Source of the DNA: Planctomycetota bacterium
Lineage (GTDB): Bacteria; Planctomycetota; GCA-002687715; DRQF01
DNA: 11,224 nt
Direction: 5' to 3'
NCBI GenBank assembly: GCA_027001995.1
Contig: JALTLO010000033.1
Span: 1-11,224, forward strand
The notes under the pieces are model-generated. The model worked only from the letters and a program-made list of their open reading frames with translations, had not been told where the DNA came from and ran no database searches. Below, piece after piece: positions 1 to 6,202 of this stretch (position 1 is the stretch's first letter; the number at the start of each line of letters is the position of its first letter). Made by a program: the position numbers and the translations under genes.

Positions 1-1474
1 GTTCAAGCCACAGCTGCTTCTTTTTCTTGGCAGCTCGGATGATCTTCTTGGCGGCGGCCAAGTCGACGGCGAATGTCTTGCGCCGTCCTCGTTTGTTCTT
101 GGCCAGCTCGCCGTAGCGAACCAACCCAGCCATGGTGTGGGCGGCCTCCTCGGGGAAGCGAAACGTCGGAATCCCGGCTGCCTTGAGGATACGAACAGCT
201 TCGTCGCCACCCACCCGGCCCATAATGCAAGCGAGAACGGGTTTACCCGAGTCTTTGGTTTCCTCGGCAATCGTCTTGGCCACGGCGGCGGCGTCAATCA
301 TGATGGGAGAAACGAACATCACTAAAATCGCATCGACACCCTGGTCCGCAACGATCGGTCTCAGGGCCAAGCGGTAGCGTTTGGCATCTGCAGAAGCGAT
401 GAGGTCAACGGGATTCGTAATCGATGCCTCCGCTGGCAAAGCCCGAGTCAAAGCTTTCTTCGTTTTTGTGCTCAACTCGGCAAACCGAAGTCCTCGCCCA
501 GCCAAGGCGTCGGTGGCCAAAATCCCAGGCCCACCCGCATTGGTCACCACAGCGATGCGATTGTCTTGAGGTGGGGATTGGTGCAAAAGTGCTCCGGCGA
601 AGCTAAACATCTCTCTGAGGCTGTCAGCGCGCAACACGCCGCATTGGGTGAGGAACTCATCAACAATGCGGTCTTCTCCCGAGACGCTTCCGGTGTGGGA
701 CCCAGCAGCTTTTGCACCCCTTAGAGAACGCCCCGACTTGACTGCAATGATGGGCTTCTTGCCCCTCAATCTCTCTGCGGCTGCCTTGAAGCGCTGAGCG
801 TCCCCAAGAGACTCCAGATAGAGCAAGATGACTTTTACCCGAGGCTCATGTTCCCAGTATTCCAGTAGATCATGAGCCCCCACATCTGCCCGGTTACCAA
901 CGCTAGCGAACATGGAAAGGCCCAAACCGGTGCTTCTGGCATGGGAGAGGATTGCCTCCCCCAACGCCCCAGACTGGGAAACAAAGCCGATTTCTCCCGG
1001 GACAGGGGTCTCGGCGGCAAAAGAGGCATTCATGGAGACTTCCGGTGAGGTGTTCAAAATGCCCATGCAATTGGGACCAACCACCCGAATATTCGCCTTG
1101 CGAGCGATCTTCAGAACTTCGTTTTCTCTGGCCAGCCCCTCTTCGCCCACTTCGCGGAATCCCGCCGAAACAATCACCACGCCCCGCACCTTTTTCTTCG
1201 CGCAAGCTTTCATCACCCCAATGACATGAACTGCAGGGACAACCAAGACGGCCAGATCCACATGGTCGGGAATGGCATCAAGAGATCGCCAAGCCTTGAT
1301 GGAAAGAACCGTGTCAGCTTTGGGGTTGACGGGATAAACCGGCCCCTGGAACCCAGCCGAAACGAGATTGCGAACGACTTCATGACCAATGCTGTGTCGT
1401 CTTCTTGATGCCCCCACAACGGCGATGGATCGGGGGCGAAAAAGTCCGTCTAAACTTGAAACTTTCCGACTCAT
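1..1474 (-). CDS. Acetate/acyl--CoA ligase (ADP/NDP-forming) family protein, alpha-beta fusion; partial, C-terminus (ATP-grasp part) runs off the left edge
   Basis: Hand translation of the minus strand from ATG at 1474 gives 491 codons with no stop to the window edge. It contains the CoA-binding domain (MSRKVSSLDGLFRPRSIAVVGASRR...GPVYPVNP...DLAVLVVP...SAGFREVG), then RVVGPNCMG, GFVSQSGALG, SVGNRADV, ILLYLES and AVKSGRS...AAGSHTGS (phospho-His motif, His codon 695-697), then RIAVVTNAGGPGILATD, NPVDL and GIPTFRFPEEAA. SD-like GGGAGA lies 6 nt upstream. There is an alternative in-frame ATG at 1558. Confidence 0.93.
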   Translation of the reverse strand, partial: MSRKVSSLDGLFRPRSIAVVGASRRRHSIGHEVVRNLVSAGFQGPVYPVNPKADTVLSIKAWRSLDAIPDHVDLAVLVVPAVHVIGVMKACAKKKVRGVVIVSAGFREVGEEGLARENEVLKIARKANIRVVGPNCMGILNTSPEVSMNASFAAETPVPGEIGFVSQSGALGEAILSHARSTGLGLSMFASVGNRADVGAHDLLEYWEHEPRVKVILLYLESLGDAQRFKAAAERLRGKKPIIAVKSGRSLRGAKAAGSHTGSVSGEDRIVDEFLTQCGVLRADSLREMFSFAGALLHQSPPQDNRIAVVTNAGGPGILATDALAGRGLRFAELSTKTKKALTRALPAEASITNPVDLIASADAKRYRLALRPIVADQGVDAILVMFVSPIMIDAAAVAKTIAEETKDSGKPVLACIMGRVGGDEAVRILKAAGIPTFRFPEEAAHTMAGLVRYGELAKNKRGRRKTFAVDLAAAKKIIRAAKKKKQLWLE

Positions 1475-1671
1475 CGCTGTTCTCCCAAGACTCGTAGTCG
1501 TTTTCGTTCTTTTGGTTTTCGGCGTCCTTAGCCGCGGCCCACCAAGACCACCAGCCATCTTCAGCGCTCCTTATTGTGACAGCCTGAGAACCCCAGCAGA
1601 ACCGTGCGCTTCAAAAAGACGCATGGGTCAGTCTTTTCACACCAATCGAACAAGGAAATTCCCCCATTAGA

Positions 1672-1705
1672 TTGTCCAAAGGCGGGGTTTCATGTCATGA
1701 TGACA
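1672..1705 (+). promoter_or_regulatory. Putative sigma70-type promoter for the exporter operon, overlapped by a palindromic operator-like site
   Basis: TTGTCC (1672-1677), an 18-nt spacer, then CATGAT (1696-1701) with an extended -10 TG at 1693-1694. The inverted repeat TGTCAT-G-ATGACA (1693-1705) covers the -10 element, ~45 nt upstream of ATG 1748. Judged by eye only. Confidence 0.3.
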
Positions 1706-1747
1706 GCCGGTTGCCCGCTGGATTTTCTTGGTCCCATTTGGATTCTC

Positions 1748-3160
1748 ATGACCGACTCATCTCTATCCCAACCCGACCTCTCTCAGCTCAAGATCGATCG
1801 TAGCGCTGGACGAGTCACTTCCCCTTGGGGCATGGCCCCGAAGGTACTCGCCCTGCTCGTCACCGTGGCAGTGGCTTGGGGGGCATGGGAGACATGGAAA
1901 AGCCAATCCAAGGAGGAAAATGCCCAATCCTCCAAGCCTATGACGCCACAAGTATTTGAAGTCGGATTCTCCGAAAGCAAGAGCGCTGCAGGAGTTTCCG
2001 GCAATGGTTACATCATCGCAAGGCGCAGAGCTGCGCTGTCAACGGTCCTCTCAGGACGCCTAGTTGAAATCCATGTTGAGGAGGGAACCCAAGTCAAGAA
2101 GGGCCAAGTTGTTGCCCGTATCCAATTTGACGATTACCTCAACGCCGTCCAAGAATCGAAATCAAGACTCTTGGCTGCCCAATCGAGACTCTCTGAGATT
2201 GAAGCGCGCTCTCATGCGGCCTGCCAGCGGATCGCTCAAGCTCGCTCCGCCCTCGAAGTCAACAAAGCCCAAACAGCGACGACAAAGACAAACTTAGAAG
2301 AGGCCATTCGCAATCGAGAACGGAATCGCAAGTCCTATGTCGAAAAAGACGTGTCGGAAGCGGATTGGGATCAGTTGGTCACCACGGTAGAGCGCCTCGA
2401 ACGGCAACTCGACTTGCGCCAAGCTGAAAGAAAACAAATCGAATCTACGATCGAAACAGCTGTTGCCGAATTCGCTGCCATCACCCCGGAAAAGAAGACC
2501 CAAGAAGCAGAAATCAAAACCACTCGAGCTCAAGTGGCCGCCGCTTCCATCCTCTTGGAGAAGACATTCATCCGCGCTCCCTTCGATGGAGTGATCGTCA
2601 ACAAGGGAGCCGAAGAAGGTGAAGTTGTGGCCGCCACCGGGGCCGGCGGGAATTCCAAAGGAAGCGTTGCTACTTTGGTCGATCTTTCCACCTTAGAAGT
2701 GCAAGTAGAATTGCCCGAAACTCGACTCAACAATGTTTCAGAGAATCAGACTTGCAAGATCTATCTGGATGTAGAGAAAACAAGACCTTGGACTGGCCAT
2801 GTCCGGCAAATTTGGCCCACAGCCAATCGGGGAAAAGGCACAGTTGAGCTGCGCATCGTCTTTGATGAGCGCCCAAAGGTCTTGCGCCCGGAAATGGGCT
2901 GCCGTGTGGTCTTTTTGAATCAGACAAACGCTGGCAGTTCGGGGGATTCGAAAAGGCCCCTATGGATTCCCACCTCCGCCCTGGTCAATCGTAAAACCAA
3001 GCCATGCGTCTGGATGATCAAAAACGGAACTCTGAGTAGGCAAGCAATTGTTTTAGGAGACACCAAGAATAGCATGATCGAGGTTCGCGAAGGCCTGTCT
3101 CCAGGAGACAGAATCGTCAATCGTCCAAAGAGAAGCCTGAACGAAGGCGATCGCTTTTAG
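1748..3160 (+). CDS. Efflux transporter periplasmic adaptor subunit (membrane fusion protein, MacA/HlyD-like)
   Basis: N-terminal DLSQLKIDR, then a single hydrophobic anchor (VLALLVTVAVAWGAW). Split lipoyl domain (SGRLVEIHVEEGTQVKKGQVVARI ... IRAPFDGVIVNKGAEEGEVV) flanks a coiled-coil hairpin, followed by a beta-barrel (LEVQVELPE ... LRPEMGCRVVF) and a membrane-proximal end (IEVREGLSPGDRIV). I chose ATG 1748 (470 aa) over the ORF-track start at 1604 because the extra 48 residues do not look like this family and overlap the likely promoter. Confidence 0.92.
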   Translation: MTDSSLSQPDLSQLKIDRSAGRVTSPWGMAPKVLALLVTVAVAWGAWETWKSQSKEENAQSSKPMTPQVFEVGFSESKSAAGVSGNGYIIARRRAALSTVLSGRLVEIHVEEGTQVKKGQVVARIQFDDYLNAVQESKSRLLAAQSRLSEIEARSHAACQRIAQARSALEVNKAQTATTKTNLEEAIRNRERNRKSYVEKDVSEADWDQLVTTVERLERQLDLRQAERKQIESTIETAVAEFAAITPEKKTQEAEIKTTRAQVAAASILLEKTFIRAPFDGVIVNKGAEEGEVVAATGAGGNSKGSVATLVDLSTLEVQVELPETRLNNVSENQTCKIYLDVEKTRPWTGHVRQIWPTANRGKGTVELRIVFDERPKVLRPEMGCRVVFLNQTNAGSSGDSKRPLWIPTSALVNRKTKPCVWMIKNGTLSRQAIVLGDTKNSMIEVREGLSPGDRIVNRPKRSLNEGDRF

Positions 3161-3172
3161 CAAAGGAATATT

Positions 3173-3862
3173 ATGTCGGACTGCGCCATCTCAGCCAGGG
3201 GGCTCACCAAAACTTATCACCGAGGCGGCGAGAGCCTGCGGGTCTTGGATAAGGTCAATATCGACATCAAACCCGGCGAGTTCGTCGCCTTGACCGGCCC
3301 TAGTGGTTCGGGAAAATCAACAATCCTCAACTTCATCGGCGGGTTAGATACTCCAGATGAAGGGCGTGTTGTTGTCGGCGACACTGTTGTCAGCGATCTA
3401 TCAAAGTCAAAGCTCGCAGCCTGGAGATCTCAGAATGTGGGTTTCATCTTTCAGGCTTTTAACCTCCTCCCCGTGCTAACGGCCTTGGAGAACGTTGAAC
3501 TGCCCCTGGTCTTGCAACCTCTCAATAAGAGTCAGAGACGCAAACAGGCGGAGTTTGCTCTTTCTCTGGTCGAGCTCAAAGATCGCATGAGCCATCGTCC
3601 CCAAGAGCTGTCGGGAGGCCAAGAACAAAGAGTTGCCATCGCCCGGGCCATTGTCACGGACCCAGGCGTTATCTTAGCCGATGAGCCCACCGGTGATTTG
3701 GACCGGGACACAGCCGATCAGGTCTTGGAGATTCTCAAACGTCTTTCAAAAGAACATGGCAAGACGATCATCATGGTGACCCATGACTTGGCAGCAGCGG
3801 CCTACGCCGATCGAGTTCTGCGCTTGGACAAAGGGCGTTTCGTTGAGGACGCCAAAAAATGA
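3173..3862 (+). CDS. ABC transporter ATP-binding protein (MacB/LolD/SalX type)
   Basis: Walker [10 protein letters not shown]-loop GFIFQAFNL, signature [14 protein letters not shown], Walker [13 protein letters not shown]-loop VTHD. SD AAGGA sits in the 12-nt gap upstream. Confidence 0.96.
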   Translation: MSDCAISARGLTKTYHRGGESLRVLDKVNIDIKPGEFVALTGPSGSGKSTILNFIGGLDTPDEGRVVVGDTVVSDLSKSKLAAWRSQNVGFIFQAFNLLPVLTALENVELPLVLQPLNKSQRRKQAEFALSLVELKDRMSHRPQELSGGQEQRVAIARAIVTDPGVILADEPTGDLDRDTADQVLEILKRLSKEHGKTIIMVTHDLAAAAYADRVLRLDKGRFVEDAKK

Positions 3863-5025
3863 GCCTGACCAAACTTGTCCTGCGCAACCTGCTTCGACAT
3901 CCCATACGCTCAGGCTTAACTGCCCTAGGCGCGATGGTTGCAATTTTCCTCATGATCTTCTTGCGGTCCATCGTTACTTCATTGGACGACACAACGAAAG
4001 AAATTGGGAGTGATCGGGTAATCACCTCCAGTGCTGTGAGCCTCTTTCAAGCCCTCCCAGAAAGCTACATCAATAAGATCAGAAACATGGACGGGGTTGA
4101 GATCGTGAGTCGGTTCACCTGGTTCGGCGGCTACTTCGAAGATCCATCCAACTTCTTTGCTCAATTCGCCGTCGATGTCAACATCTTCAAGAACATATAT
4201 CCCGAATGCCAACTCAAAGAAGAAGAATGGAAGACCTGGGCAGACGACAGAAAAGGCTGCATCATCGGATCTGCCCTAGCCACCAAGTACGGCTGGCAAG
4301 TGGGCGACAAGATTCCACTCATCGGCAGAATATACCCCAAGCAAGATGGGGCTTGGGATTTCAACGTCTGTGGTATCTACCAGACAGAGTCGTCCATCTT
4401 CGACCCTCAATCTTTGTACTTTCATTATGACTACTTGAAAGAAACGATGATGAAGGAGAACAACCAGGACGATTTCCCTTGCGGCCTTTTCGTTTTGAAG
4501 GTCGACGAATCTGATCAAGTGGCAGAAGTTTGCCGGGAAATTGACAGCATCTATGACGGCGGCCCTCAAAGAACTTTGAGCCAACCGGAAGCGGCATTCC
4601 AAGCAGCTTTTGTGTCCATGCTAGGAGACATCCCCACCTTCTTGGGGTGGATCGGAGCAGCCGTTGTTTTTGCTCTTGGCCTCTCTCTCATCAACACCAT
4701 GCTCATTGCTTCTGCTGAACGTATCGGCGATATGGGCGTGCTCAAAGCCATGGGTTTCTCAGATGGAACATGCGGCAGCTTGCTGATCGCCGAATCCTTG
4801 GCTCTCAGTTTGGGCGGTGGTCTACTGGGATGTGGCTTAGCCTGGGTTTCGATCCCCTTCTTCCGGAAGCTATTCGGCACGCAAATCCCCCGCTACGATG
4901 TCCATGAAACCACCATTCTGATGGCGATGGGCGTGGGCCTCATCATTGGACTCATCAGTGGCATCGTTCCGGCTCTACGAGCCCGTAGACTCGACGCAGC
5001 CCAAGCCCTCAGATCGGGGATTTAG
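3859..5025 (+). CDS. ABC transporter permease (MacB-like periplasmic core + FtsX domain), first subunit
   Basis: RNLLRHPIRSGLT amphipathic start and TM1, a large periplasmic domain (WFGGYFEDPSNFFAQFAVD), then three C-terminal TMs with ERIGDMGVLKAMGFS and PALRARRLDAAQALR. ATGA overlap with the ATPase stop. Confidence 0.94.
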   Translation: MSLTKLVLRNLLRHPIRSGLTALGAMVAIFLMIFLRSIVTSLDDTTKEIGSDRVITSSAVSLFQALPESYINKIRNMDGVEIVSRFTWFGGYFEDPSNFFAQFAVDVNIFKNIYPECQLKEEEWKTWADDRKGCIIGSALATKYGWQVGDKIPLIGRIYPKQDGAWDFNVCGIYQTESSIFDPQSLYFHYDYLKETMMKENNQDDFPCGLFVLKVDESDQVAEVCREIDSIYDGGPQRTLSQPEAAFQAAFVSMLGDIPTFLGWIGAAVVFALGLSLINTMLIASAERIGDMGVLKAMGFSDGTCGSLLIAESLALSLGGGLLGCGLAWVSIPFFRKLFGTQIPRYDVHETTILMAMGVGLIIGLISGIVPALRARRLDAAQALRSGI

Positions 5026-5027
5026 TC

Positions 5028-6197
5028 ATGGCATTCGTACCGATTCGATATCCAATCCGCAGCATCATGGTGCGCTGGCGTGCCTCACTCTTCAGTGCTC
5101 TGGGGATTGCATGCACTGTGGCCGTCTTCAGTGCCATTATGTCCTTGCGCAATGGTTTTGAGGAACTCTATGCCACCGGGGGCCGTGAAGATCTCTTAGT
5201 CTACATGCGACCGGGAGCCACCAGCGAAGGCGAGAGTGTTCTCCAAGGCAGTCAAGTCGAGATTCTGAAGAAGGAAAGACCAGAGATCTCTCGAGATGCT
5301 GATGGCAACATGGTCTCCTCCGCCGAATCCTATTTGGCACTGTTCTTAGACCGCGTTGGAGGTGGGCAAACGAACGTTCCCCTACGGGGGGTCGAACAAA
5401 TGAGCTTCAAGATCCATGGTGACAATATTCGACTCGTAGAAGGGCGGAAATTCACCGCTGGCACAGACGAGATCATCGTCGGACGAGCCGTCGCCGATCG
5501 TATCGCCCATGCCCAAATACATGAAACTCTGACCATCAATGTCACGCCATTCAAAGTTGTTGGTATTTTCGAGAATGATGGCCCCTATGGATCTGAAATT
5601 TGGGGCGATTTTGATCGATTCACCGCCGCTTTAGAAAGACCGTTTGCTCAGCGTGTCCTTGCTGAAATCAAACCGGGCACCGATATCGAAGCCGTCAAAG
5701 AAGAAATGGAATCAGACAAACGTGTGCCAGCGAAGGTGCAAACTGAAAGCGAATACCTCATTTCTCAAAAGAACAACTTGAGCGGCGTTCTTATGATCTT
5801 GGCGTCTGTCCTCAGTTTCATCATGGCCATCGCTGCGGTCTTGGGAGCTACCAACACAATGCTCGCCTCCGTGGGGGCCAGGACACGGGAAGTCGGCGTC
5901 TTCCTTTCCCTGGGTTTCAGCCGCTTCGCCATTTTCTTGGCTTTTCTCATCGAGGCTCTTCTCATCGGCGCCGTCGGCGGTCTCTTGGGAGCTCTCATGG
6001 TCTTGCCATTCGATGGTATCGAAACCGGAACCATGAACATGCAAACCTTCACTGAAGTCGCTTTTGCCTTTCGAGTCGATGGGAACATCCTGATAACGGG
6101 GGCCATCATGGCAACATTTCTTGGAGTCCTTGGGGGCGTTGTCCCCGCGGCTATCGCAGCCAGACAGGAACCCTGCAAAGCCTTGAGACGACATTGA
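5028..6197 (+). CDS. ABC transporter permease (MacB-like periplasmic core + FtsX domain), second subunit
   Basis: TM1, a periplasmic domain (RPGATSEGES, NVPLRGV, RLVEGRKFTAGTDEIIVG, SEIWGD), then the FtsX motif NTMLASVGARTREVGVFLSLGFSR and terminal PAAIAARQEPCKALR. It starts 2 nt after the previous stop. Confidence 0.94.
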   Translation: MAFVPIRYPIRSIMVRWRASLFSALGIACTVAVFSAIMSLRNGFEELYATGGREDLLVYMRPGATSEGESVLQGSQVEILKKERPEISRDADGNMVSSAESYLALFLDRVGGGQTNVPLRGVEQMSFKIHGDNIRLVEGRKFTAGTDEIIVGRAVADRIAHAQIHETLTINVTPFKVVGIFENDGPYGSEIWGDFDRFTAALERPFAQRVLAEIKPGTDIEAVKEEMESDKRVPAKVQTESEYLISQKNNLSGVLMILASVLSFIMAIAAVLGATNTMLASVGARTREVGVFLSLGFSRFAIFLAFLIEALLIGAVGGLLGALMVLPFDGIETGTMNMQTFTEVAFAFRVDGNILITGAIMATFLGVLGGVVPAAIAARQEPCKALRRH

Positions 6198-6202
6198 CCC
6201 CC

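Noticed and set aside
3..1670. Short ORF-track ORFs over the left end (e.g. 132..377, 912..1229, 903..1205, 1389..1670)
   Set aside because: They are antisense or off-frame shadows of the acyl-CoA ligase, whose frame carries all family motifs. None shows recognisable features.
1604..1747. 48-aa N-terminal extension of the adaptor (GTG 1604; ATGs 1697/1700)
   Set aside because: There is no convincing SD, the sequence is not family-like, and it overlaps the probable promoter and palindromes. ATG 1748 is more plausible, though not proven.
3173..6197. Naming the ABC genes lolCDE, macB or ftsEX
   Set aside because: The fold class is shared, but the MFP, separate ATPase and permease motifs do not match these specific orthologues well enough to assign symbols.
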